A stretch of DNA of 35,020 bases. It comes from Bugula neritina (taxonomy: Eukaryota; Animalia; Bryozoa). The stretch lies in the NCBI GenBank assembly GCA_964035545.1, contig CAXIUT010000229.1, forward strand, positions 48,915-83,934. Reading direction: 5' to 3'. This document shows, piece after piece, positions 1-12,766 of this stretch (position 1 is its first letter; the number at the start of each line of letters is the position of its first letter). Under the pieces are notes generated by a model that made no database searches, was not told the origin of the DNA, and saw only the letters and a program-made list of their open reading frames with translations. A program made the position numbers and the translations under genes.

Positions 1-69
1 CCCAACCCCAACCCCAACCCCAACCCCAACCCCAACCCCAACCCCAACCCCAACCCCAACCCCAACCCC
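1..69. repeat. Telomere, (CCCCAA)n, left chromosome end
   Basis: About 11.5 perfect C4A2 units from base 1 with the C-rich strand 5', the expected orientation. Tetrahymena-type telomere repeat. Confidence 0.97.
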
Positions 70-77
70 GTGATAGT

Positions 78-228
78 AGTTATTTTATTTATAAGTTATT
101 GATAATTAAGGATTTATTTATAAGTTATTGATAGTTAAAGGATTTATACTTTAAGTTATTTATCTAATCTTTTTAGTTATTGATCTAATCTTTCTAGTTA
201 TTTATCTAATCCTTTTAGTTATTTATTT
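78..228. repeat. Subtelomeric degenerate tandem repeats (~29-bp and ~21-bp units)
   Basis: atttataagttattgata(a/g)tta... x2-3, then (t)agttatt(t/g)atctaatc(t/c)tt x3-4, lying between the telomere and the Rab stop codon. Confidence 0.75.
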
Positions 229-281
229 TAAATGATAGATTGACTACTAAAATATAAGTATATAATTCTTATTGATAATAA

Positions 282-1010
282 TCATTTGCAGCATAGATAT
301 TTTTTATCTTTTCCTTTTCCTAACTTAGTATACTAATCTTTATCTTTCTTATCACTTTACTCTACTATTCCATTATATTTCTAGTTCCCAATCTTTATTC
401 CAGGATTGTGATTGACTTCTACTTATTTATTTTCTATCTTTCTCAATATTTATTAAGTCAATTTCATAAATATATCTTCAATATATGCTCCTGTTTTGGC
501 TGATGTCTAAATAAAAGGAATTCCTTGCTACTTTGCCAGCCTTAATCCCTCCTAATAGCTCACTTTTCGTCTATTTTATATTTAGAAGTACTCTGTTTGT
601 CTGTCGCTTTTGTTGCCCACTAAAATGAAGGATAGAGTGGCTGGTCCATTGGCTTTCGCGTCATCTATCCATTTGGCAACATGTCTAAAACTTTATAGGT
701 TGCTTATGTCGTATACCACTACAGCACCTATTGCATGCCTGTAGTATCCTCTTGTAATGGCTAAAAAACTTTATTGTCCTGCCTATGTAATAAACGATTA
801 ATACTGTGTCCCATATTTGTAGTTTGATGTTGTTTTATTTAATTTTCAGCATTTTAGCACCAAATTAGACACCGATGGTTACTTAGTGTTTTTATCTGTA
901 GCGTTTATCAGTGTAGTGCAGAAGCATGCAGGATTTACCTACACCTAAATGGATAAATATCTACCTGAATCTCCAATTATGATGTATTTTAGAAGAAAAG
1001 AGTAACTCAT
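282..1010 (-). CDS. RAB2: Rab2-like small GTPase (~221 aa), 3 introns
   Basis: MSYSFLLKYIIIGDSGVGKSCMLL...TIGV[TAA=E]FGAK...WDTAGQ[TAA=E]SF...GNKSD...FI[TAG=E]TSAK...YLCCK-TGA (C-terminal CC prenylation motif). Introns 945-964 (20 nt), 783-804 (22 nt) and 571-591 (21 nt, in-frame, inferred from alignment to the Rab motif). Confidence 0.93.
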
Positions 1011-1100
1011 TTATTATTTATATGATCAGAATAGGGAATTATTATTTATATGATCAGAAAGGAATTATTATTTAAACTATCAGAAAGCGAATTATTATTA
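1011..1100. repeat. Intergenic minisatellite, ~26-28-bp unit x3+
   Basis: ttattatttatatgatcagaa(ta)gg(g)aa repeated directly next to the Rab start codon. Confidence 0.75.
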
Positions 1101-1176
1101 ATATTATACTATTATCTATTAGATCAAAATATTTAGAATTAATGATGACTCCTGAAAGTTAGATACTTTTTATAAG

Positions 1177-1427
1177 TGGATGTGAACATTTGACTCTTGA
1201 TTGTTTTTATTGGCTATAGGATGTGAGCATTCAGCTCTTGATTATTTTTATTGGCTATAGGATGTGAACATTTGACTCTTGGCTGTTTGTATTTGACTAT
1301 TGATTGTTTGTATTTGAATCTTGTTTTTTTTGTATTTGTTTATTATTGGATGTGAGTATTTGTTTATGATTGGATGTGAGTATTTGTTTATTATTGGATG
1401 TGAGTATTTATTTACTATTGGATGTCA
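1177..1427. repeat. Intergenic minisatellites, 41-bp unit x2.5 and 24-bp unit x~4
   Basis: ggatgtga(a/g)catt...tattggctata repeats followed by ttggatgtgagtatttgtttatta repeats, in the divergent promoter region. Confidence 0.8.
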
Positions 1428-1508
1428 ATTTAAGTACCTTATTTCATGAGAGTTTTATATTATAGACAAAATAATGAATGAGTTTAATTGTAATAATTTA
1501 AATAGTGA

Positions 1509-3467
1509 ATGTTTAAACTTTTACTTTCTCTGTTGTTCTTAACTCTTTCTATTAGTGTAACAAGTACTCTTCCTGAGTTGATAAAGAGTTCATATCATAT
1601 TCGTTAGTCTAGAATAATAAATGTGACAGTGGGTGAATAGTTTAGTTTACCTCTTCCTGAATTTGATTCATTTTGGAACAAAAATAACTTCAAAGTCTAT
1701 AAACTCACTGAACAACAGTTCAACCAACAAACCAAAAACAACCCATCAGACAAAGATAGTCCTAAACCATCAGACAAAGATAGTCCAAAACAATCAGACA
1801 AAGATAGTTCAAGACAATCAGACAAAGATAGTCCAAAACAATCAGACAAAGATAGTCCAAAACAATCAGGTAAAGATAGTTCAAGATAAGACAAAGGTGA
1901 TAGTTCAGGAGGATAGACAGTGATGGACTACTTACCATTCGATTGCAAGTTGAAGTAGGCATCGGCATCGATATCAAAGCATATAAAATCAATAAGATAG
2001 TAATATAGTACAAAGAGTAATAGATGGCAGAGCAATAGTTATGTTTTGCTTGATTCTAGATCTCTTCTTTACATATTAAATTCTGGATCACGTGAGTTGT
2101 CTGCATTTACTTACAACTAGCATAATCTATAGAAGGTCACATCCTATAAACTGGATAGGTATTTATAAAATACAGATGGCTAGAATAACCTATCACCTCC
2201 TGTCTTGTCTACTGATTTCACTCAAAAAATATTATTCATCTTTACTAGTAAAGGTATCTTATCCGTTGATACCAAAACCATACTGAGTAATGTTCGGAAT
2301 ATAGGTTCTATATCAAAGTTTAATTCTGCCAGTTATGGAGGAGTGGATAAGGTGATTCATGGGTAGAGTGGGGTGATGGTGGCACTGAAACGTATGGACA
2401 AAGTGTTTATAATACCTGAATAGACCAATAATAGCCAATACGAGTACGTGTAAGTGAATTAATTTAACGGGAGTAAGATATTTCCTGAGGATGTGATCGT
2501 GATAAGCAACATTTTGTTTGTGTTGGATTTTTATAAAGGAGTCTATATATACTAGTTGCTAAGTCATAACCAATATAGAGAGAGGTCGAGCATTCCTTTG
2601 ACTTCTTTCGGGGGAAATTATCAGTTTAAAATATACAGGAATAGCCTTTTTATCAATTTTAACGATATTGAGGGAAGTAAAGTTATCTAGATAGATATGC
2701 GCCTCGAAAGTAACACGTTTAGTTTGGTCAGATACTATAAAAACCAACAGTTTGTCAGCCATATGAATGTTTTTAGCGTTCCCACCACCTACCATCTCCA
2801 AAACACTCAAAACCATCATCAATAAAATACTATTTAGACTTTTCTTTTTATGTTGTAGAGCCAAGATGATATAGAGATTTATCCTTTCAACCAGGATCCA
2901 AGGACCATCAACCTCGCCTACAATGCAGTCAAATTGAAATCTAATCAGATCAGACAGTTTTTCCATATCGCTGCTGATCGTTTCATTCTGGTCACGAATA
3001 ATCAAATCTAGTATATCAGACTATCTGTTAGTAAACCCTCTATTACTTGCAAAGTCAAAAAACCATCGCTTAGTGAAGCTTAAACTTACTTCCTTGTGCA
3101 ACTACGAACCAATACTTCCAGCTGTGAACAAAGAGATCCCAGCCAGCCTCGAAAACACCATTTCAATCAATACTGTGACATGCGAGTAGACTATCAAATC
3201 GCTATTGGAGATCCTTAAGAGTCTCAACACCAAAAAGCTCTTCTCTATGGAGCCGTCTTTGGAGTGCTAGTGTGTTTTGTGGGAGGATTGCTGTGTCTGA
3301 TGCAGTGGAGGAGTAATAAAATGGTTATTCTTGGAAGACTCAAAAATTAAATTTTGAATTTCAGGAATCGACATAAAAAGATACAGCCTTTTGTGGAATA
3401 AAACTACGAACAAAAAGAAGTAGAGATAGATATACCCAGAGTAGAAGCAGTGCTGCAATTAGAGTGA
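1509..3467 (+). CDS. Uncharacterised type I membrane protein (652 aa) with signal peptide, SDKDSPKQ repeats and C-terminal TM helix
   Basis: Open frame from ATG 1509 to TGA 3465 with UAR=Glu. N-terminal MFKLLLSLLFLTLSIS; TM segment ALLYGAVFGVLVCFVGGLLCLM near 3240-3300, then a short cytoplasmic tail. Confidence 0.8.
1745..1890 (+). repeat. Coding 24-bp tandem repeat (S-D-K-D-S-P/S-K/R-Q) x~6
   Basis: tcagacaaagatagtccaaaacaa units. This repeat explains the spurious ORFs 1633-1923, 1697-1894 and 1762-2013. Confidence 0.9.
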
Positions 3468-3528
3468 TTAAAAATATTATTTAACTTGTATTTATCGAAA
3501 AGGGAAAGATTAGATTAAAGCGGTTGAA

Positions 3529-6500
3529 TCATGGGACTATTTCTGATTAATTTTTTACCATTTTGTGAAAAAGTCCATTATCTGATATGAGCTATTCATA
3601 AATGCCTTCTTCTTCTACTTTTCCATCTTTTAGGACATAGATCCTATGGTTCTCTTTTATGGTTTATAAACGATGCGTGATGTTTAGAGTGGTCTTTCTT
3701 TTCATTATTCTTTAAAGAGAGTTTTGAACTTTGCTTTAATTTTAAGGATCAAGAGCGGATGTGGCTTAATCTAGAAGTAGAACTTTAGGCTATCTTAGTA
3801 GAGTTCTCGCAATAGCTATTCTCTGTTTTTGTCCTCCAGATATATGTGAACCTTTAGGCCCTACTATCTTATGCATTCCTGAACTATCTTACTCCTTTCT
3901 TAGTTAGATTTAGGTTTAGATATGTTCAAGCGCATTAATATTGTTATTTTTTTATTCTTTTTGTGGATTAGTTGGCAGTTAGGTTTAGAATAGCTAGTTT
4001 TGAGGATTGAAGTTAGCATCCAATGCAGCATCTAAAATGTCTTTATCAGAAGCTTATATTTTATTGTATTTGATATTCCAATGGATACTTTAGTTGAATA
4101 GAGTGGGTTATTGTGTAACAACACCAAAACTATTGCGGAGATGATAGAGGTCATAGTCATCAATATTTATTCCTTCTATAAAGATATTTCCTCTGGATGG
4201 TTGGTAAAATCCTAAAAGCAATGAGATAATGGTTGATTTTCCACATCCAGAAGAACCAACTAAAGCTACTGTATCGCCTGCTTTTATCTTCATATTTAGA
4301 TTATTTAGGACAAATCCTTCTCGATTTTAATATCCAAAACTAACTTCTTTGAATTAGATATTACCTCTGATCGGTTCTTTTATAAGTTTTGATCCTGATT
4401 TTTATCTTAGTTGTTCTTCGTCTTTTAAGTCTAGAAGAGAAAATGTCCATTTGGCAGCTTCTTGAACATGAGTTATATCTTGAAGTAGATTGGCTTTATT
4501 TCCTGCTGATATGCAGGCAAACAATACTAGAAAAACAGCTGACAGTGAGTTATCGATGTCTACGTCGAAGTTGACTACGAAAACGACAGCTAAAAAGAAA
4601 GTAAGGCCAAAAGTCATATATTGTAGTAAATTAGATAGTCCATACATAAAACCAGAAATAAAACTCTTCTTTAATATCGTTTAATATATATTGTCTATTT
4701 TTGTTTCATAGCGAGAAGAAACAGCCTTGAAATCACATAAACATTGAACTGTGCGGATGTTCATGACTGACTAGCTGATTATCTGAGAAGACTATTCGTA
4801 TATTTTACCTTTGGATTGGGAGAAGCCATCGATAAATCCAAATTGAATCAGTTGTGATAGGATTATTAGTGGAATAAGACCAAGAGAAGTGAGACCTGTT
4901 CTCCACTAGAGAATAAGAGAACCTATTATCGAGTAGAGGACGTTGACGGAGATGATGCAGAGGTAGGGGAGTTCGAAGGAAAGGAAAGAGTTTAGAGATT
5001 TACAGCTGGATGATAGTTTTGCTGTTATTTTTTAGTGTTGATTTTACTATTTTTAGAACCATGGAATAGACATTTTCATAAGTTTAGCAAAGATATCTTG
5101 TCTTATTTTTTTGACAGCATGTTATCCCACTAAGGCTCCAGCGATAACGGCTGAAGGATTGAAGCAGGCTGCCACAATTGCTAGTCCAATCATGATATAT
5201 ACTAGAGTATAGACTCTATTTCTATAGAATTCTTAATTCTGAGGGAATTTGAGCAAATTAGCGAGTATTTTAGCTAGTATGATTCCCACAGTAGGGAAGA
5301 GCAGTCCGTCTAGTATGACAACGATAACAAAGAAAATGAACCTGCATTTACTGATTAGTAGCATAGATAGTGCTCTAAGCAGATAATATTCAGATTAATT
5401 TTACTAGTCTTGAGGGATTGGTTTAGTATCTTATTATGCTATCACTGGTTTAATGGATTCTTGTAGTTTTTATTCCTAATTCAGAAAGGTAAGATCATGC
5501 TAATCAATAAAATTTTTATTACTTTTGGATTGTATTTAAAGATTTTATTATTTATTAGAAGGAACTAGTAGTCTTTATATTTATTTATTTTTGTTTTATA
5601 TTATTTTTATTTCTTTATTGGGGAGAAGTTGATAGACTATTTAGCAATTTTTTAGAACTCTTTTTCTATGTGTGATATTTATAGTTATAAATTACTATTC
5701 TACCTTTTTAAATGTTTTTAATATGAGTTTTTAGTTGATTCTATCGAGAGCAGATGTTGCTTCATCTAGTAGCATTAATTTAGGTTTTTTAAGTATGGAT
5801 CTAGCTATGGCTATTCTTTGTTTTTGACCTCCTGACAGTTGACTTCCTCCACTACCCACATAGGTCTAAAGCTTATCTTTGAGTTAGTTTACAAAAGAAA
5901 ATGCCTCAGCTTTAGACAAAGCTTATTATAGTTATTATTACGAGGCATCTGGTTTAACAAGAAGTAGATTTTAGCGGATAGAGGTGGCAAAGAGAGCAGG
6001 TTACTGTTGAACATATCCTATTTGTAATCTAAGCCATTATAGGTTGATATCTTTGAGATTGAGTCCATCTAGTAGGATCTAGCCTTAATTGGGATCATAG
6101 AATCGCATAAGTAATTGCAAGATAGTCGATTTGCCACATCCTGACCGACCGATCACTCCTGTATGCTTTTTATTAACAGTTAAAGATAATTTATTCAATA
6201 TATTGATGTTTTTGTTTTTGGGATAGTTAAAAATTATATCCTTTAATTAAAATATCCCATCGAATCTTTGTGGAGTTATTGCTTCTTATTTTGACTTTAT
6301 TAAAGGAGTTCTGTCTATGATAGAAAAGATTCTAAAAGCAGCTGTTTTTCCTTATGCTATTTTTTGGATAGAAGGGGTCAGTTGGTTTAGACTGATTGCT
6401 GGTAGAAAAAGAGAGTAAAATATTTTTACTACACTCCCAGCAGTATAGGCTCTTGAGCTGAGATGAGATGGACATTTTTATGATGCAAAAACACATTCAG

Positions 6501-7434
6501 AACCATACCAGAAAGCAAGTGTAAATCCTAAATACAAAGTCATGACATTTACATAGCCAATGCATGCAAGTAGCTGAGCTATTTTCATCATCTAATCTGT
6601 GGTCTCGTTGAGTATGTCATCTTGTCTTTAGCACTAGAATTACTGTGCGTTCATTTGTTTGATGAGTTTGATAGATGCTAGCGATTCTTGAGCTTTGGTG
6701 TTAGAGTGGTTATAGATTTAAGCTCTTTCTTTGAAGGCTTCATGTCTTAGTTGTACATTTTTGCCCCATGTTATAAGAATTATGGGTAGATAGGCTAGAA
6801 TTATGAGTGTGAGGATCCATCCGTTGTAGAAAGCTACTCCTAGACCTGCCAGAAGGACAGAAAAAAGCATTATAAGAGTCGATATTCTTTACCCGATTGC
6901 TTGTTAGAAAACTAGACTATCACTGGAGAAAGATTCGACGATAGCTGTAGGTTCGTGAGTATCAAACCAGGATATTTCCTGTTTAAGTAGACTTCTGAAG
7001 TATTGTTTTCGACATTCTATTGATTGTCTTTAACCTGAAATGTTCCAGGTAGAATACATGATGGTTCCAACAACTAAGGCTAGACTGCCTAATATGCCAA
7101 ATAGGGACAAGTTTTGTTTTGCTTGGTCGAGCCGGTCAGCGTCTTGGCCGAACGAGTCGATCATGTTGCCAGTCAGATGGGCAAAAACAGGTAGAGCAGT
7201 TCCCATTATCATGGAGCTGATGGTTCCTACAGTCATGAGAAAGATGTCAAATTTGGTTGCAAATCTGAAAAGTTCAAAGAAGGAAACTGACTATTTTTAT
7301 TTTTAAATTGGTTATTTTAGTATTTATTCTGATTTTTCTTTTGATGGTGGCGGTTGTTATTGTAATTATGGACGTGATCTATCTATTTGTGGGATAGTGT
7401 TAGTTTTAGTTTTCAGTTGGAGTTCAATTTACAT
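3529..7434 (-). CDS. Full-length ABCB/MDR (P-glycoprotein-type) ABC transporter, ~1301 aa, apparently intronless
   Basis: TMD-NBD-TMD-NBD layout: ISG[E]RQ, Walker [10 protein letters not shown] and [10 protein letters not shown]-loops QQ[E]P and TQ[E]P, signatures [13 protein letters not shown] and [13 protein letters not shown], Walker [11 protein letters not shown] and LLLD[TAA]ATSALD. Track ORFs 7030-7236, 4402-4647 and 4108-4293 all lie in this one frame. Confidence 0.95.
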
Positions 7435-7662
7435 TAAATATTTTTATATTTAGAATATAACATCAAGGCGTTTTATGGAAACTGGCGGTGAACCAAATAG
7501 AATGGATAAATCTCTTTTCTAATAGGTAAAAAGATAGATTTGTCTTAAAAGATTAATTTAAATAATAAAAACATCAAAATTAGATAGATTGATATTGGCT
7601 GATATAGTCTGATAGGTTTTATTGCACTGAAATATATTGAGTGATTGTGGTATAATTACTTA

Positions 7663-10600
7663 ATGATCTCGAATCAATTCAAACGTCTTCTTTTGATCCT
7701 TGTAGTCCTCTACTTGGGTTTTAGTTGCTAGCCTGGGTAGTTCGATGACGGAGGTATTTGCAGACAATGTCCTTCTAGAAGTTTTTCATTGACAGGAAAT
7801 GGTACTTCTTGTGTTGTTTGTTCTGACTGTCTTGATTGCGACCCTTCAACCGGTTAATGTACAAATTGCTAGCCTGGATTTCAGCCATCCAATTTTATTT
7901 GTACACCATGCGATGCCAATAGTTTTTCAACAGGAATGGCCTGTCAGGAATGTACTGGCTGTCTTAGTTGCAATCAAACGAATGGATAATGCTCTAGTTG
8001 TGCTGTCAACTTCTAGCAAATAAGCAACAATTGCAGCGCCTGTCCTTTAGGTACATATTCTACTGGAGGGACTTCTCTATGTCTCGAGTGCGAATAGAAT
8101 TGCAACAACTGTACTGGGTTGCTGGGAGAGGAGTGTTTGGATTGCGTTGAGAACTATGTGGTCGAGAATGGAACTTGTACTAGAGTCTGTCAAATATCAA
8201 ATTGTTAAATTTGTTCTTCTAATGTCTGCTAGTTATGTGTGAGTGGATATATTCTGGTGGGTGGGACTTGCACTTTGCTATGCAGTATTGCTAACTGTAC
8301 TACCTGTCGATCTGCTATACTGGGTGAATGCTAGGTCTGTGGGATGGGATTGGTGCCTACCACTGACTTGACTGCTTGCGTGGCCTGCTCCATTGCTAAC
8401 TGTGTCAGTTGTAGTTCCAAGGGAGAGTGTGAGGTGTGTCTTGGAGATTTGTAGGTGCAGAAGGGAGGAGGGTGTTTTAGTTGTCGGGTAGATAACTGCT
8501 ATAATTGTGTTTCTGATAATTTATGTGACAGTGAGGGTTGTTTCTCAGGGTATCACTTCAATGCTAACTCTACGTCAAGGAGTGACCAGTGTTTGGCTTG
8601 TAGTGATCCCTGCATGACTTGCTATAGTGATGGCAGTTGTTCTATGTGCAAGGCTCCTTATAGTCAGGCTATTTTATCCCAAGGTCAGCTATGTTTCTTC
8701 TGTGATGATGCCAGATGTACTAGTTGCATCAACACTGCTCCAGGAACATGTACTGCTTGTTCTTCTGAGTATACTCTTAACACTATAAGTGGCATTTGCT
8801 AGTTGATTTGCTCAATTGGCTGTTCTGACTGTTCATCATCATCTATCTGCAATGTCTGCTAAGAGTACTACTATCTTGATAATAACACTTGCCAGCAGTG
8901 TCCCAGTGTGCCATCTGTTCGAATCTGCAATGCCTCTAATCCAACTGAAGCTCTTTCCTGTGGTACCTATTTTTACCTTGATGGTAACAGCACTTGCCAG
9001 CCTTGTGCTGCTTTCTGTGCTGAATGCGGTTCAGCTACGAATTGTACTAAATTGTTCAACTCTGAAGGATATACTCTTGTGATGACTTCAGCTACAACTA
9101 ACTCTATGGCTTCCTGCGATCCTGGTTGTAAAAGTTGTTCATCTTCCTACCATATTTACTGCACCTAGTGCTTGTAGGGGTTCTATTTATCTAGTTCAGG
9201 CGTATGTCTTATCTGCAGCTAGGCTAATTTATGTGCATCATGTTCGCCTGCTGCTCCATCGATCTGTTTGAGTTGTTTCCCAGGATCTTATCTCAGTGCT
9301 AACTCTATTTGCGTTAAATGTGTTTTTCCTTGTGTAGCTTGTAGTAATCAAAACGCATCTGCTTGTACTTCTTGTGTAGCAGGGTATAGTCTACTCTCTA
9401 ACAATACTTGTGTGTTATCTTCTTCTCTTGGTTTTAACTCTTCTGTGGTTGATAACTGTGCTGGTTCTTAGGTTACTGCTGCTGATGGTGCTAGTGTATT
9501 TAGTTGTTTGGTCTGTGAGCAGGGCTATGTTTTTAGTTCTGGTTGTGTGCTATGTGCTTAGGGATGTTCTGTTTGTGATCCTGATAACTTTGCTCAATGT
9601 TTAAGTTGCATGCCTGGCTACACTCTTAACTCAAATAGCGTCTGCACTGCTTGTTCTTTTAGCAATTGTATAGAATGTGAAAGTTTCGGGTGTTTGGCTT
9701 GTGCTAGTGGATACCTACTAAACCAAAATTTTGAGTGTCAGCAGCAATGTCGAATTCCATGTGCTACTTGTGACAAATTCAATCCATTTTCTTGTTTATC
9801 TTGTCTTTAAGGATATTCAATGAGCAATGGTCAATGCATACCTGACACGAGTTGCAATACTAAAGCGAATTGCTATAGTTGTCCTCAGGGATTCGCTTTT
9901 GTATTTACTAACACAAACACAACTATCAACCAAACTTGTCTATAATGCGATTCTTCATCCAATTGCGCCAGATGTTCAAGCACTAATACCTCGCAGTGTT
10001 CTCTTTGTTCCTTTGGAACTTTTTTGAAAGGAACCATCTGTCTCTCTTGTCCTGATGGTTGTGACGATTGCATCAGTGAGACTATGTGCACTTCCTGTGC
10101 TCCTGGCTACATTGCTGAGCAGACTGCTGCGTTAAGTGGGAATAGTGGAAGTGGTTTGGTGAATTGTAAGATATGTGAGTCACCTTGTGCAAGCTGTGTG
10201 GGGAGTGTTTCTAGTTGTAGTTCTTGCAATAGTGGTTTTCAGTTGGAAGGAGTGGCTTGTATAAGCAATTTTAACTATCAGGTCAATATAACTTTGGGTG
10301 TTTCTCTTCAAGAATTTAAAACTAACTATCTCACCTTTTTGAACCAGATAGCAGCAGCAGCGAATGTTACTCTTAAAAAAATAGTTATCTTAAGTATAGT
10401 TAGCGGATCAGTTATAGTCAATATGCAAATCAGTTCAAACTAACAGGCTGGATCTTCATCTGCTATCGCCACTCAATCTAGCCTCGATTCTTTGATTAAT
10501 AGTGCAGAAGTGGGAAATATGCCAGTGACTTCATCGACTCTATCGACGAATGGAGGATCTAATGATGCAAGTAATGGTTCTGGTAGCAATGATGACGATA

Positions 10601-10817
10601 GTGGATTTTCTAGAGTGACTTTGATAATTCTTGCGACTGTGATTCCTATCGGGATATTATGTACTTTTATGTTTAGATAGTGATTGTGGTAGCTCTAATA
10701 GTGATGTACTGTTCTCAGAAGAAAAAAAGAAGACAGAATATAGTAGTTTAGGAAGCTAATTTGACTGCAAGGGATGTCTAGCTGATGTCCTATAGCAATA
10801 AAAGATCTTATCTGTGA
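7663..10817 (+). CDS. Cysteine-rich (CxxC/furin-like repeat) type I surface membrane protein, ~1044 aa, 1 intron
   Basis: Signal peptide MISNQFKRLLLILVVLYLGFSC, dozens of CxxC repeats in one frame, Ser/Gly stalk, TM VTLIILATVIPIGILLIVVALIVMY after removing the 20-nt intron 10661-10680, basic tail KKKRR, TGA 10815. Confidence 0.9.
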
Positions 10818-10852
10818 TTTGTGCCTTCTATTATCAGTTTTTAACCTATTTA

Positions 10853-11029
10853 TATATGAATATAGTTCTATTGTCTATCTATGAATATAGTTCTATTGTC
10901 TATCTATGGATTTTTAGTTCTATTGTCTATCTATGAATATAGTTCTATTGTCTATCTATGAATATAGTTCTATTGTCTATCTATGAATATATAGTTCTAT
11001 TGTCTATCTATAAATATAGTTCTATTGTC
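10853..11029. repeat. Intergenic minisatellite, 25-bp unit x7
   Basis: atgaatatagttctattgtctatct repeated head-to-tail with no spacers. Confidence 0.92.
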
Positions 11030-11222
11030 GATGAAGAGATTAGTTCTAGCTTGCTAAAGCTTCACTTCTGAAAAGGAGACATAAATTAGGATTTGATTGA
11101 TGGTATATAAAAAGGCTAGATTGATTATTTGATGATAAATTTGATGTTGATGGTTTTGGAGGGTGGTTGGTTATTTGAATTAGTGAAATTGTTTGACTGA
11201 ATTGCTTTGAGTTATTATAGCT

Positions 11223-12483
11223 ATGATCCAATAAGTCACCTACTAAGCAGTCAACGAATTCATCATCTCCATCAAGTGCTGGTACAATTGCCTCGACCAA
11301 GTTCTCTCAATAAAATCAAAGGCTACCTTTAGAACTACGACTCTATCATCGTCAATCGACTTGAAACACAGACTCGCCAGCCTGCCCTCTATTTTGCTGC
11401 CATTCTTAACGATCACGAACAGTCATACTAGATAATGAAACTGTTGATAGATTATGGAGCGAATCCTGACTTCAAGGATAGCTACCATCAGACAATATTG
11501 TTTTACGTGTGCCGGGAAGGCAAGTAAAAGTGTTTTGATTTGTTGATGGAGAAAGGACTCAGTTTATAAGATGAAGATATCTATGGACAAACTCCTCTTT
11601 TCTATGTCGCTAAAGAAAACAGACTCAATATTATTCATAAACTCTTCGAAAAGAAAGGTAACTCGGTCAATATGCAGCTGATCCTAACCATAATGACAGA
11701 ATCGCTGGGCAAACCCCTCTTTTCTATGCAGCTAGAGAAGGACATCTAGAAATGTGTAAAATATTGATATAATATGGCTGTGATTTGACTCATCAAGATT
11801 CCTCCAATAAAGCAGCTCATCACTATTCTAAAAAGTTTAACAAGAACTAGGTGTTCGAGTACCTAACTAACGAATATCAAAGTCTCAAAGACCAGAAAAA
11901 GATCATAACAGATTCGAGGCAATAGAGTAACATAGAAGATAAGGCAACCAAAAAACCAAGAAAGAAAGATACAACTACTAGCAATGTACCTGCTAAAAAT
12001 ATGTATCGACTCTATAGGTCTGATACTTTTGGAAATGCTAATGAAGTATCAATATCTGAGTTTTAATAACTGATTGCTAACTATCCCAACTTGGAAAACA
12101 TGCTTAAAAATCCATAGGAAATCGATATATCAGGCATAGAAGAAATAAAGGCCAAAGAAGCATGGGTCAAAACAGCTCAGAAGGTGTTGTCTATCTGCTG
12201 GAAATCAAAAGGAGGGTACTACTTCCACGAGCCTGTCGATCCCAGCCGGTATGGAATTGATGACTACTTTGATATCATACTAGAACCGATGGATTTTGGA
12301 ACCATCAAAAAAAAATTGACATTTAACGTCTACCAGACTGTCCAGGAGTTTATCTATGACGTGAAGCTGGTCTTTGACAATTGTGTCAAATATAATGGCA
12401 TATAGAACCAGATAGCTAAGCACGCGATTGAAATAAAAAATATATTTGAGGAAAATATGAAACAAACTGCCTTCATGAACTGA
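11223..12483 (+). CDS. Ankyrin-repeat + bromodomain protein (BDP1-like architecture), ~406 aa, 2 introns
   Basis: Ankyrin motifs HQTILFYVCREG, GQTPLFYVAKEN, GQTPLFYAAREGHLEMCKILI; bromodomain FHEPVDP...DYFDII..PMDFGTIKKKL...LVFDNCVKYN. Introns 11282-11301 and 11658-11677 (20 nt each). The exact start is less certain. Confidence 0.9.
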
Positions 12484-12491
12484 TTAATTCA

Positions 12492-12670
12492 TCAACTATC
12501 ATCTTATAGAGTTATACATCAACTATCATCTTAGAGAGTTCTAGATAAACTATCATCTTATGGAGTTCTAGATAAACTATCATCTTATAGAGTTATATTT
12601 AAACTATCATCTTATAGAGTTATACATCACTATCATCTTATAGAGTTTTCTATAAACTATGATCTTATCT
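12492..12670. repeat. Intergenic minisatellite, ~27-28-bp unit x~6.5
   Basis: aactatcatcttatagagtt(a/c)ta(c/g)at repeats between two convergent stop codons. Confidence 0.9.
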
Positions 12671-12766
12671 AGATATATTAAATAGTTACCAAGTAATTGT
12701 ACTATAATAAAGGCAATACTTGATAGTTATGAATGTTGATAGGATAGTAAGTATAATAAGACTGGA

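Noticed and set aside
70-130. A conserved chromosome breakage or telomere-addition motif shared by the two telomere junctions
   Set aside because: The flanks at 70+ and 18214-18254 share only AT-richness, and I see no Tetrahymena Cbs-like element. Two sites are too few to define a motif.
2559-3005. 148-aa minus-strand ORF
   Set aside because: Antisense to the 1509-3467 membrane protein, with a non-ATG start and no recognisable motifs.
282-7434. UAR=Gln (table 6), or split codes such as UAA=Lys/UAG=Glu or UAA=Glu/UAG=Gln
   Set aside because: Both TAA (TIGVEFG, Walker B DE, GNHE) and TAG ([15 protein letters not shown]) occupy conserved Glu positions.
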